From an uncultured beta proteobacterium (lineage in GTDB: Bacteria; Pseudomonadota; Gammaproteobacteria; Burkholderiales; Usitatibacteraceae): a stretch of DNA of 64,000 bases. The stretch is taken from positions 515,106-579,105 of the forward strand of contig CAWHAQ010000002.1 of the NCBI GenBank assembly GCA_963827425.1. The letters are read 5' to 3'. Numbering within the stretch: the first letter of the stretch is position 1; each line of letters opens with the position of its first letter. Positions 8,182 to 16,908 of the stretch are shown here, one piece after another. The notes beneath the pieces were generated by a model. The model saw nothing but the letters and a program-made list of their open reading frames with translations. It was not told the origin of the DNA and ran no database searches. A program made the translations under genes and the position numbers.

Positions 8182-8247
8182 GCCTAACAACGCGTTGGAG
8201 CGGACCGTGGACTATCGTGGTCCGCACCCTGGTTGCCGACAGGTTGT
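8182..8247 (+). repeat. Truncated attC site 15 (left half of the 126 bp class)
   Basis: Matches attC9 up to ...GGTTGCCGACAGGT, then stops; no L'/R'. Confidence 0.88.
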
Positions 8248-8374
8248 CCTCGAGAAGGCGGGTTACGTGCGGGAGGGCCTGCTTCGGAGGAGTGCCATGA
8301 AAGACGGCGTCGTCCTGGATCAAGTGCTCTTTGCCATCACCGACCGCGATGTCGCTCGTGGCAGCGGCGCCTGA
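8246..8374 (+). pseudogene. C-terminal remnant of a RimJ/RimL-type GNAT
   Basis: VLEKAGYVREGLLRRSAMKDGVVLDQVLFA with no N-terminal part. Confidence 0.75.
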
Positions 8375-8391
8375 ACACTTCGGAGGCTGAA

Positions 8392-8778
8392 ATGAAAAGA
8401 GTCACGGGCATCGGAGGAATCTTCTTCAACGCGAGCGACCCTGTCGCGCTGCGGGCCTGGTACAAGCGGCACCTGGGAATCGACGTGCAGGATTGGGGCG
8501 GCACGGCGTTCACGTGAGCCGACGCAGCGGGCAATCCGACAAAGGGCACCACGGTGTGGTCCATCGGCGCCGCCAACGGCGAGCACTTCGCGCCGAGCAA
8601 GTCGACCTTCATCGTCAACTATCGCGTCGAAGACCTGGACGCCCTGCTTCAGGCGCTTCGGGCCGAAGGATGCAAGGTCCTGGAGAAGACGGATGACTCC
8701 GGATACGGCAAGTTCGGTTGGGTCATGGATCCCGAGGGCAACAAGGTCGAGCTTTGGCAGCCGCCTGCGGGACAGTGA
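8392..8778 (+). pseudogene. VOC/glyoxalase protein with in-frame TGA at 8515
   Basis: MKRVTGIGGIFF...DPEGNKVELWQP in one frame, interrupted by TGA at a probable Trp codon. Confidence 0.75.
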
Positions 8779-8791
8779 GCGTGCGCGGTAG

Positions 8792-10462
8792 ATGAAGAGC
8801 GAAGCCAAGCCCCGCGTGTACGACATCCTCGCCAGGGCCTTCACGCAGGAGGGCGTCGGGACATGCTTCGCGCTCCTCGGGGATGCGAACATGAATTGGG
8901 CGGCGCGGTTGTCCGAGCAGGGATGCCGGATGATCTATGTCAGGCACGAGCACTGCGCGCTCGCGGCTGCGATGGCGTATGCGCGAAAGACCGGTGACGT
9001 GGGGATCGCGACCGTCACATGCGGGCCCGGCGTGACGCAGCTCATCACCGCGCTGCCCGCGGCCGTGCGCGCTCACCTGCCGATCGTGGTGTTCGCCGGG
9101 GAAGCTCCGCTCAAGAGCGGTTGGTACAACCAGGAAATCGACCAGGCGCCGCTCATCACCGCGACGGGGGCTGCCTATCACCCGCTGCACATGCCCGAGC
9201 GCATGCCCGTGGCCGTACGCGATGCGTTCCTGCAGGCGCGCCGCGAACGCCGGCCTGTGGTGATCGGCGTTCCATTCGATCTGCAGGGACGGCCGTGGGA
9301 CGGTCCTGCGGATCTTCCGAAGCCCTCGCGCGAGCTCTTGCCGCGGCCTTCGCCGATGCCGCCGCATCCCGCCGATGTGGACAGCGCGGCGAAACTGCTA
9401 ACCAGCGCCGAGCGCGTTGTGGTGCTCGCGGGCCTCGGTGCGGTGGAAGCCGGGGCGGGCGCCGCTTGCCGCGCGTTGGCCGCCAGGACGGGTGGGCTGC
9501 TTTCGACGACGCTTCCCGCGCGCGGGCTGTTCCACGACGATCCCTTTTGCATCGGCATCTCGGGCAGCTTCACGCCGGAGGCGGGCCTCGAATACCTGAA
9601 GGAGGCCGACTTCGTCGTCGCGGTCGGCTGTTCGCTCGCATACCACGCGGGCGGCGGCGGGCAGCTGTGGCCCAAAGCGAAGATGCTGCAGATCGACATC
9701 GACCCGATCGCGGTCAACCAGGGCCAGGAGGTCGCCCGTCATCACCTCCGGGCCGACGCGCGCCTGGGCGTCGAGGCGTTGACGGCCGCGCTACCCGCTC
9801 GCAGCAAGAGCTGGCGAAGCGACGGGATGGCCGCCCGCATCCGCGATTCGAAACCCGACAGCCACGAATTCGAGGTCGAGCCGGGGCTGCTCGATCCGCG
9901 CCGCATGGTCGAAGCGCTCGAGGCGGCGCTTCCGCATGAATGGGAGATGGTGAACTCGGGAGGGCACTGCTCGTGGTTCTTCGCGCAGATGCCGTCGCGC
10001 CCGCAGGAGAAGTTCCTCACCATCCGGGAGTTCGGCGCGATCGGCAACGGCATCTCGTTCGCCATGGGCGTGGCCGCGGCGCGCCCGGACCGGCCCGTGG
10101 TGCTGTTCGACGGCGATGGCAGCTTGATGATGCATGTGCAGGAGCTGGAGACCATCAAGCGTCACGGGCTGAAGATCCTGATCGTGGTGATGAACGATGG
10201 CGCGTACGGCTCCGAGGTGCACAAGCTGCGCTCCGAAGGGATGCTCGAGGACGGGGCGGTGTTCGGCTACTGCGACTTCGCCGGCATTGCGCGCGGCTTC
10301 GGGCTGTCGGGAAAGACGGTGCAGGACCTGGCCGACCTGCCGAAGCTCGTCGCGGAGTTCGCCGCAGGCGGGGGTGGCGCGGTGTGGGACTTTCACGTTT
10401 CGGACAAGGTCGTGTCACCGACCATCCGTCGTGCCCACCCACGTCAAGTACACTCCCCCTAA
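8792..10462 (+). CDS. Thiamine diphosphate-dependent enzyme (acetolactate synthase-like)
   Basis: RHE, TCGPG and GDG...N ThDP motifs; 556 aa. Confidence 0.9.
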   Translation: MKSEAKPRVYDILARAFTQEGVGTCFALLGDANMNWAARLSEQGCRMIYVRHEHCALAAAMAYARKTGDVGIATVTCGPGVTQLITALPAAVRAHLPIVVFAGEAPLKSGWYNQEIDQAPLITATGAAYHPLHMPERMPVAVRDAFLQARRERRPVVIGVPFDLQGRPWDGPADLPKPSRELLPRPSPMPPHPADVDSAAKLLTSAERVVVLAGLGAVEAGAGAACRALAARTGGLLSTTLPARGLFHDDPFCIGISGSFTPEAGLEYLKEADFVVAVGCSLAYHAGGGGQLWPKAKMLQIDIDPIAVNQGQEVARHHLRADARLGVEALTAALPARSKSWRSDGMAARIRDSKPDSHEFEVEPGLLDPRRMVEALEAALPHEWEMVNSGGHCSWFFAQMPSRPQEKFLTIREFGAIGNGISFAMGVAAARPDRPVVLFDGDGSLMMHVQELETIKRHGLKILIVVMNDGAYGSEVHKLRSEGMLEDGAVFGYCDFAGIARGFGLSGKTVQDLADLPKLVAEFAAGGGGAVWDFHVSDKVVSPTIRRAHPRQVHSP

Positions 10463-10500
10463 CCAGCGAATTGGAGCGGACCGTGAGCCATGGCGTGCCC
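10457..10500 (+). repeat. attC left-half relic
   Basis: CCCTAACCAGCGAATTGGAGCGGACCGTGAG matches the array attC left arm; contains the upstream stop codon. Confidence 0.75.
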
Positions 10501-10827
10501 AAGCAGCTTCCAGACACCTTGAACCTGATTCGCGGGGACACGGTTATCGGCCGAATCGAAGTGAACCACGGCGAGGGGGATTTCCCGTGGTACAGCGGCG
10601 CCTTCCATCCGGCGCCCGAATACGAGGATGTCCGGGCCCTCTTCGAGCGGGAGCTGCGCTTGCTTCGGGCAAACTCGAGCAACGATTCCGCGGCGTGGGA
10701 CGACTGGGAGGCGATTCACGCCGAGCTGCACGATCCCGGCCTTCGCTTGTGCGCTCCGGACTCGAGCTACACGGCCGATGAGATCCTCATTCACATCAAC
10801 GGCGCCGAGGCATGGTGGCGCGAGTGA
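10495..10827 (+). CDS. Acidic hypothetical protein
   Basis: 3' part of ORF 9940-10827; DFPWYSG motif; start uncertain. Confidence 0.65.
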   Translation: MPKQLPDTLNLIRGDTVIGRIEVNHGEGDFPWYSGAFHPAPEYEDVRALFERELRLLRANSSNDSAAWDDWEAIHAELHDPGLRLCAPDSSYTADEILIHINGAEAWWRE

Positions 10828-10867
10828 GGCCGGTATTTACGTTCTGCCAGGACGAGGAGGAAGCACC

Positions 10868-11173
10868 ATGGTGAAGGTCACGGTGTTGTACGGCCACCCG
10901 ACGAATCCCGAGGCATTCGAAAAGTACTATTCGGGGACTCATTTGCCGCTCGCCGCCACGATGAAGGGGGTTGCTCGCCTCGAGCTCACCAAGTTCGTCG
11001 CCGCGCCGGATGGCGGGAAGCCGGCCTTCTACCGAATGGCGGAAGTGCTCTTTGCGAATCAGGCGCAGATGGAGCAGACGCTGGGTTCGCCCGAGGGAAA
11101 GGCAACCGTGGCCGATCTAGCCAAATTCGCGACCGGTGGCGTGACGGTGCTCGTTGGATCCGTTGAAGGCTAG
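10868..11173 (+). CDS. EthD family protein
   Basis: [20 protein letters not shown]...D...F; RBS GGAGG. Confidence 0.85.
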   Translation: MVKVTVLYGHPTNPEAFEKYYSGTHLPLAATMKGVARLELTKFVAAPDGGKPAFYRMAEVLFANQAQMEQTLGSPEGKATVADLAKFATGGVTVLVGSVEG

Positions 11174-11190
11174 GATTCGGGGGCGTAGCG

Positions 11191-11579
11191 GTGAATCAAC
11201 TCGAGCGCAACAAGCAGACGGCGACCGCGTTCTACGACCTCATGTTCAATCAGAACAAGCCGCGTGAAGCGATCGACCGATACGTCGGCGATGCCTATAT
11301 CCAGCACAATCCCGATGTCGCCGACGGGAAGGAAGCGTTCATCGCATACTTCGAGCGGATGGCGAAGGAGTATCCGGGCAAGCGGGTTCATTTCAAGCGC
11401 GTGGTCGCCGAAGGCGATTACGTGGTCCTGCATTGCCATCAGGAGTGGCCGTCCATCAAGGAGCGCGATTGGGCCGGAATGGACATCTTCCGGCTGGATG
11501 CGAACGGAAAGATCGTGGAGCACTGGGACGTGCTGCAGGTGGTGCCGGTGCCGCCGCTCACCGGAATTCGATGTTCTAG
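11191..11579 (+). CDS. SnoaL/NTF2-like protein (indel near the C-terminus)
   Basis: YIQHNP..DG...[16 protein letters not shown]; natural end HRNSMF-TAG lies in a shifted frame. Confidence 0.8.
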
Positions 11580-11607
11580 CGTTCGTCGACATCACTGGGA
11601 ATCGCCC

Positions 11608-11817
11608 GTGGAACCGACATCGCGCTCCGTCATCACCTGCCCCAAGTGTGGGGGCACGGCTGAAGAAGAAATGCCAACCGATGCATGCCTGTATTTCTAC
11701 GAGTGCACGCAATGCCGTGAGCTGTTGCGGCCCAAGACCGGGGATTGCTGCGTGTTCTGCTCGTTCGGAAGCGTCAAATGCCCGCCCGTGCAGATGGAGC
11801 GGGGCTGCTGCAGCTGA
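11608..11817 (+). CDS. GDCCVxC-domain small Cys-rich protein
   Basis: ITCPKCG...MPTDAC..FYEC..C...GDCCVFCS...CPPVQ. Confidence 0.85.
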   Translation: MEPTSRSVITCPKCGGTAEEEMPTDACLYFYECTQCRELLRPKTGDCCVFCSFGSVKCPPVQMERGCCS

Positions 11818-11841
11818 TCGACCGCGACAGCGGGAGGACAC

Positions 11842-12420
11842 ATGGCGCTCGTGGTTCTTCTGAGAGGGGTCAACGTCGGGGGGCACAGGATCTTCCGGCC
11901 CACGGCGCTCGTCGAGGAGCTGAAGCATCTCGACGCCGTCAACATCGGCGCGGCGGGCACCTTCGTGGTTCGCCGGCCGGTCACGCCAACGCAGCTGCGC
12001 GCCGAGCTGGCGCGCAGGCTTCCCTTCGACGCCGAGATCATGATCTGCAAGGGCCAGGAGATCGCCGGGCTGATCGCGCGGGATCATTTCGCGGACTATC
12101 CCGTGCAACCCGATATCGTCCGCTTCGTGAGTGTCCTCGCCCAAAATCCCCGCGCGGCGCCGCCGACACCCATCGACATTCCTTCCACCGGCCAGTGGCT
12201 GCTGAAGATCCTCGCGAGGGACAACCGGTTCGTCGTCGGTGTCTATCGGCGCCACATGAAGGTCATCGGCTACCTCGGCACGCTCGACCGCCTCTTCGGC
12301 GTCCCGGCCACCACGCGCAACTGGAACACCATCACCGCCATCGCCAGGGTGCTGGACAAGGGCGGGCCGCTGACTGCGATCGCCGGTGGCCGCAAGTCGC
12401 TCGCAAAGGTCGGTCGTTAG
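11842..12420 (+). CDS. DUF1697 family protein
   Basis: LLRGVNVGG and TTRNWNT motifs. Confidence 0.85.
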   Translation: MALVVLLRGVNVGGHRIFRPTALVEELKHLDAVNIGAAGTFVVRRPVTPTQLRAELARRLPFDAEIMICKGQEIAGLIARDHFADYPVQPDIVRFVSVLAQNPRAAPPTPIDIPSTGQWLLKILARDNRFVVGVYRRHMKVIGYLGTLDRLFGVPATTRNWNTITAIARVLDKGGPLTAIAGGRKSLAKVGR

Positions 12421-12425
12421 CTCCC

Positions 12426-12830
12426 ATGGAGATCCGCACAATCGAGGCGTCGGAGATGGAGGCGGTGCGGCAACTCCTCACCGCGAACGGCTGGGGTCGC
12501 CGCGACACGGTCGCGACGAGGTTTCCACAGCTGCTCTCGCGCTCGCAGATCGCGCTGGTTGCTCTCGACGGCGGCGAAGTCGTCGGCTTCGTCCGCGGCC
12601 TCACGGATGGAATGTCGAACGGGTACATTTCGATGCTCGTGGTGGCGGAGCGGCATCGGCGCAAGGGCATCGCCCGGGCGCTCGTCCAGGCAGCGATGGG
12701 CAATGACCCTCGAATTACCTGGGTGCTTCGGGCAGCACAGGAAGGGGTCGCGGCATTCTATGAACGGCTGGGTTTTTCCCCGTCGCGTGTGGCGATGGAA
12801 CGGCCAGGCGTGGACCGATCCGAAAGCTAG
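12426..12830 (+). CDS. GNAT acetyltransferase
   Basis: LVV...HRRKGIA...FYERLGF. Confidence 0.85.
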   Translation: MEIRTIEASEMEAVRQLLTANGWGRRDTVATRFPQLLSRSQIALVALDGGEVVGFVRGLTDGMSNGYISMLVVAERHRRKGIARALVQAAMGNDPRITWVLRAAQEGVAAFYERLGFSPSRVAMERPGVDRSES

Positions 12831-12917
12831 CGGGCGGGGTGCATTCGCGGGTTTGTCAGTCGCATCGGCACCTGCTAGTTTCCGTGATGGGAAGGACTGG
12901 AGGGAGGCGCTCGACAT

Positions 12918-13169
12918 ATGGCCAGGCACTGGAAGGAAGTCTCGTTGAAGGTGAGGTCCGTAGTGATCGCGCTCGGCGTGTCGGCCGGGCTCCTGCTCGG
13001 GCAGTACGCGGGCCGATGCCTGTCCGGGCGTGGTGCATGCACCCTCGACAGTCCGGTCTTGTGGGGCGTCTGGGCGGTGACGTTCTTCGCGATCTGGGGT
13101 GCGAGCTTCGCCGCCATGTGGGCGCTGGAGCGCCATCGCCGGAATCACCCCGGCCACGAGACGCGATAG
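12918..13169 (+). CDS. Small membrane hypothetical protein
   Basis: RBS GGAGG; two hydrophobic segments. Confidence 0.6.
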   Translation: MARHWKEVSLKVRSVVIALGVSAGLLLGQYAGRCLSGRGACTLDSPVLWGVWAVTFFAIWGASFAAMWALERHRRNHPGHETR

Positions 13170-13192
13170 AAGTGAGCTCGGGCCGTGCGTAA

Positions 13193-13765
13193 ATGAGCGA
13201 GCTTTCCCTCCCCGAACGCCGCCGTCACTCGATGTGGAAGCATGTGACGCTGCTCGTCGCTACCGTGCTGGCTTTCGGCGTATCCATGCTGATGATGCAA
13301 AGCGCCGTCGGTCTCGCCTCGCCGTGGATGGCGTTGATGGCGGTCTTCTGCTTCCTCGGCCTCGCGAAGGTGGCGGACCCCATCTACGCGCTCAAGGTCC
13401 CGGCCAGCGTGCGCGAGCTGCGCCCGTGGGAGTTGCGGGGCGCGGTATATCGCAAGGTCGGCGTTCCCGCCTTCGGTGCGTTGCTCCGGAATACACCGCT
13501 TCGCGTCCTGAACACCACGGTGTACGTATCGGGAAACCACCGCGACCCGCTGCTCGTCCTTCGACAGGTGGAATCGGCCGAGGCGTGCCACTTCTGGGCG
13601 GCGATGTTGTTGACGCCTTACCTCGTGTGGTGCGCGCTCTCGGGAAGATGGGTGGTCCTCGGCGCATTCCTCGCCGTGCAGATCGTGCTTAATATGTATC
13701 CCATCCTGCATCTGCGGTCGGTGCGCGGCCGGCTCGAGCGTGTGCGCCGGAGAAGGAATCCGTGA
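13193..13765 (+). CDS. CrtO-like (glycosyl-diaponeurosporenoate acyltransferase-like) membrane protein
   Basis: AEACH...NMYPILH.R..R.RL pattern. Confidence 0.6.
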   Translation: MSELSLPERRRHSMWKHVTLLVATVLAFGVSMLMMQSAVGLASPWMALMAVFCFLGLAKVADPIYALKVPASVRELRPWELRGAVYRKVGVPAFGALLRNTPLRVLNTTVYVSGNHRDPLLVLRQVESAEACHFWAAMLLTPYLVWCALSGRWVVLGAFLAVQIVLNMYPILHLRSVRGRLERVRRRRNP

Positions 13766-14031
13766 TGATCACGAAATCACGCATGTACGGCGAGGTGGAT
13801 GGGTTCATCGACATGCTCCTCGCGGCCTGCGAGAACAAGGAGATGAACGAGACCCTCGAGATCCTCCTCTCGCAGCCGAACGAGGCGCGCCGCGGCATGG
13901 TGCACCGGCTGCTCGAGCGCTGCCGCGAGCGCAAGGCGCCGCGCAAGCTCATCGACGCCATCGGCTGCCTGCTGGACGACGCGGTGGCGGAAAGAGCCTA
14001 CGAGATCATCTACCGCTGCCCGCGGAAGTGA
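13762..14031 (+). CDS. Hypothetical protein
   Basis: 89 aa ORF overlapping the upstream stop; host-like codon usage. Confidence 0.7.
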   Translation: MMITKSRMYGEVDGFIDMLLAACENKEMNETLEILLSQPNEARRGMVHRLLERCRERKAPRKLIDAIGCLLDDAVAERAYEIIYRCPRK

Positions 14032-14037
14032 CGGCGC

Positions 14038-14130
14038 ATGGAACCGGTCATCGACCACATCCAGATCTTCTTCAAGGACCCGGACGGCATCAAGTACGAG
14101 ATCGTGACGCATGCCAACGCGGGGGGGTGA
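14038..14130 (+). pseudogene. Internally deleted VOC/glyoxalase remnant
   Basis: MEPVIDHIQI (VOC N-terminal motif) joined directly to FFKDPDGIKYEIV (VOC C-terminal motif). Confidence 0.7.
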
Positions 14131-14136
14131 GCGCGC

Positions 14137-14655
14137 ATGCCGATGGAGCACGGGCTCGCGCTGCTGATCTTCATCGGACGCCTGGGCGACGTCTGGAGCA
14201 CGCACCTGCTGACGCCGACGATGGCGCTCGAGGCCAACCCGCTCGTGCGCCGCTACAGGATCCCGATGTTCGCGCTGGGCTTCCTCCTGTGCGCCGTGCC
14301 GTATTTCGACGTCCCGCTGGGAGTGATGGTGGCGGTGCCTTCGTTCCTCGTGAGCGCTTCGAACTTCAGCCGCGCGTGGATGGTGCGCGCCCTCGGCGAG
14401 GGCGAGATCAGGGCGCTCACGATGCGCGCGGCGCGGCGCAGCTCCCTCGCGCGCGCACTCCTGCTCGTGTGGGCCGCTGCGGCGTTCTCCATCCTGGCGG
14501 CCGTCCCGCTCTGGTGGCTCGCCGCGGACAACGACGTGGCGTGGTACTTTGCGAACGGCGTCGCCCTCTACGGCCTGATCTTCGGCCTCTATGGCACCAT
14601 CGCGTTCGTCCACATCTTCGATCGCGTCCGGGCGGAAGGTGCAAACGCCGCCTGA
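14137..14655 (+). CDS. Membrane hypothetical protein
   Basis: D..ST...EANPL motif; multiple TM segments. Confidence 0.75.
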   Translation: MPMEHGLALLIFIGRLGDVWSTHLLTPTMALEANPLVRRYRIPMFALGFLLCAVPYFDVPLGVMVAVPSFLVSASNFSRAWMVRALGEGEIRALTMRAARRSSLARALLLVWAAAAFSILAAVPLWWLAADNDVAWYFANGVALYGLIFGLYGTIAFVHIFDRVRAEGANAA

Positions 14656-14673
14656 GCGCGAGGGAATCGATCC

Positions 14674-14979
14674 ATGTACGAAGTGCACGCCTTTCGCGGG
14701 GAAGCGACGGTCGACGCGGCCAATACGCTGGGATACGAGGCCGGCTCGCGTCACGCCGTCATCGTCTTCAGCCGCCAGGAACCCGGGTCCGAGCTGGATT
14801 TCGCGCTCGCCGCGCGCCGCGCCCACGAGAACGGCCTCCTCGACGTGAGCTTCGACGACGGCGGGAGGCTGCGGCCCGAAGCGATCAACGCGATGGCGCC
14901 GGAATTCACGAACGCCTACCAGACCGCGCTCGCGCAAGGGTATGGCGTCGTCATTTATTCCGAGCCGATCGCCGGATGA
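14674..14979 (+). CDS. Hypothetical protein
   Basis: 101 aa ORF in the gene string. Confidence 0.7.
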   Translation: MYEVHAFRGEATVDAANTLGYEAGSRHAVIVFSRQEPGSELDFALAARRAHENGLLDVSFDDGGRLRPEAINAMAPEFTNAYQTALAQGYGVVIYSEPIAG

Positions 14980-15434
14980 CGCCCGAGCGGGCCGCGCGCG
15001 CGGACATTCCCGTCCTCGTGGCGTTGATGGACGAGTTCTACGCGGAATCGGCTTACCCGCTCGACCGGGATTGGGCCGCCGCCAGCTTCGGGCGGCTCTT
15101 CGATGAGGGCGCTCGTGGCGCGGCGTGGATCGCGCGCTCGCCCGTCGAGCCGGCGGGTTACGTGGTCCTGACGCTGCGGCACAGCATGGAGTTCGGCGGC
15201 CTCGCGGGCATCATCGACGACCTGTTCGTGCGCCCCACGCGCCGCCGCCAGGGCGTCGGCATCGCGCTGATGGGCGCGGCATTCGCGGAGTGCCGCAAGC
15301 TGGGCGCCGTGGCGGTCGAGGTCGAAGTAGGCGTCGACAATGCCTCCGCAGCGGGGCTCTATCGCCGCTTCGGCCTGGCCGCCAACGACGCGGGACGCCG
15401 TCGCCTCGCCGCTCGCCTCGAGAAAGCGCCATGA
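14976..15434 (+). CDS. GNAT acetyltransferase
   Basis: DDLFVRP..RRQGVG...N..A..LY.RFG. Confidence 0.85.
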   Translation: MTPERAARADIPVLVALMDEFYAESAYPLDRDWAAASFGRLFDEGARGAAWIARSPVEPAGYVVLTLRHSMEFGGLAGIIDDLFVRPTRRRQGVGIALMGAAFAECRKLGAVAVEVEVGVDNASAAGLYRRFGLAANDAGRRRLAARLEKAP

Positions 15435-15477
15435 CTCCCGCCACTTCGCTATGCTAGCCGCGCGAGGTGAGCCGAAC

Positions 15478-15915
15478 GTGGAGATCGAAGTCACCGATGC
15501 GCCGCGGCCCGAGGACGAGACCTTCGTGATCGAGCAGACGCGCGCCTACAACCGGCGCTTCACGCAGCGCGACGGGCGCAGCCTCTGCGTCTTCGCGCGC
15601 GCTGCCGACGGATCGATCGTGGGCGGCCTGACCGGCATGACCTACTGGGAATATCTCGAGGTCTCCTACCTGTGGGTGGATGAGGCGCACCGCGGCGCGG
15701 GGCACGCGGCGACGATGATGGCGGCGGCCGAGTCGGAAGCCCGCGCGCGGGGCTGCCGGCACGCCCTCGTCGACACGTTCAGCTTCCAGGCACCGGGTTT
15801 CTACCAGCGGATCGGCTATGGCGAATTCGGGCGGCTGCATGGGTTCGCGGGAAAGTACGACCGGCATTTCCTGCACAAGGATCTCGACCCGGCGCCGGTT
15901 GCGCCGGAGCGTTGA
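15478..15915 (+). CDS. GNAT acetyltransferase
   Basis: LWVDEAHRGAG...DTFSFQAPGFY. Confidence 0.85.
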   Translation: MEIEVTDAPRPEDETFVIEQTRAYNRRFTQRDGRSLCVFARAADGSIVGGLTGMTYWEYLEVSYLWVDEAHRGAGHAATMMAAAESEARARGCRHALVDTFSFQAPGFYQRIGYGEFGRLHGFAGKYDRHFLHKDLDPAPVAPER

Positions 15916-15930
15916 GGTCGGCCGCGACCG

Positions 15931-16449
15931 ATGCGCATCGTGCATGGCGACGGGCTCGTGCTCGAGCCCCAGCGCGAAGCGCACGCGGAGGAGATGTTCG
16001 CGCTCCTTTGCGATCCGGCGATCTACGAATACGAGAACGAGCCGCCCCGTTCGCTGCCATGGCTACGCGAGCGCTTCCGGAAACTGGAGTCGCGGCGCTC
16101 GCCCGATGGCCGCGAGCATTGGCTCAACTGGGTGATCCGGCTGCCGTCGTCGCAGCTCGCGGGCTACGTGCAGGCGACGGTGCACTCCGATGGGCGCGCG
16201 GCGATTGCCTACGTCCTCGCGAGCGCATGGTGGGGCCGCGGTATCGCGCGCCGGGCGGTGAAGGCGATGACCGAAGAGCTCGCGGAAACCCACGGCGTGC
16301 GTACGCTGAGCGCGGTGTTCAGGCAGGACAACCATCGCTCGCGGCACCTGCTCGAGCGGCTCGGCTTCTCGCCCGCGTCGCCGCAGCGGCACGCGCAGCT
16401 CGAGGTGGAAGCCGGCGAAGACCTCATGGAGCGGGCGGCCCGGGCATAA
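15931..16449 (+). CDS. GNAT acetyltransferase (RimJ/RimL type)
   Basis: WLNW...GYVQAT...WGRGIA...N.RS..LLERLGF. Confidence 0.85.
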   Translation: MRIVHGDGLVLEPQREAHAEEMFALLCDPAIYEYENEPPRSLPWLRERFRKLESRRSPDGREHWLNWVIRLPSSQLAGYVQATVHSDGRAAIAYVLASAWWGRGIARRAVKAMTEELAETHGVRTLSAVFRQDNHRSRHLLERLGFSPASPQRHAQLEVEAGEDLMERAARA

Positions 16450-16605
16450 TCGCTGAAATCGCGTGTCCGGAGAGATCGCACATGGCGAATTCGCAGCACC
16501 CTGTTGCTTGCCCGCATTCATCGGGGAGGCTTCGCTTTGCCTCTGGCTGCTGGTGAATGGCGTGGACGTGGAAAAATGGAACGCGGCCGATCGGGGGGAT
16601 GCGCG

Positions 16606-16908
16606 ATGATCCTCGAGGCGGCACCCCTCAGCGTGAGGCCCGGCCAGCACGAGGCCTTCGAGGCCGCATTCCGCGAGGCGCAGGCGATCATCGCCTCGAT
16701 GCCGGGCTACCAATCCCACGAGCTGCAGCGCTGCATCGAGCACGCGGGCCAGTATTTGCTGCTCGTGCGCTGGGACAGCGTGGAGGCGCACGAGGTGGGG
16801 TTTCGCCGCTCGCCCCAATACCAGCGCTGGCGCGAATTGCTGCATCATTTCTACGACCCGTTTCCGACCGTGCTGCACTACGAGCGGGTGACTGGAGGAT
16901 TGGAATGA
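16606..16908 (+). CDS. Antibiotic biosynthesis monooxygenase (ABM) family protein
   Basis: MILEAA.L.VRPG...YLLLVRW...H..GFR.S..Y..W..LLHHFYDP. Confidence 0.88.
   Translation: MILEAAPLSVRPGQHEAFEAAFREAQAIIASMPGYQSHELQRCIEHAGQYLLLVRWDSVEAHEVGFRRSPQYQRWRELLHHFYDPFPTVLHYERVTGGLE

Larger units (their letters stand above)
1..8247 (+). mobile_element. Integron gene cassette array (15 cassettes, first partial); integrase not in window
   Basis: Short + strand ORFs alternate with palindromic repeats starting with an R''-type box (..TAAC) and ending with GTTAG.. (R'); L''/L' boxes GTTGGAGC/GCTCAAC with one extrahelical G. Confidence 0.95.

Noticed and set aside
314-8247. Repeats read as a CRISPR array
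   Set aside because: Repeats are 96-126 bp with attC boxes, the spacers are whole genes, and there are no cas genes.
8515-8517. In-frame TGA in the VOC gene as selenocysteine or recoding
   Set aside because: The position fits a Trp (TGG to TGA), no SECIS-like hairpin is evident, and TGA is a normal stop elsewhere in the window.
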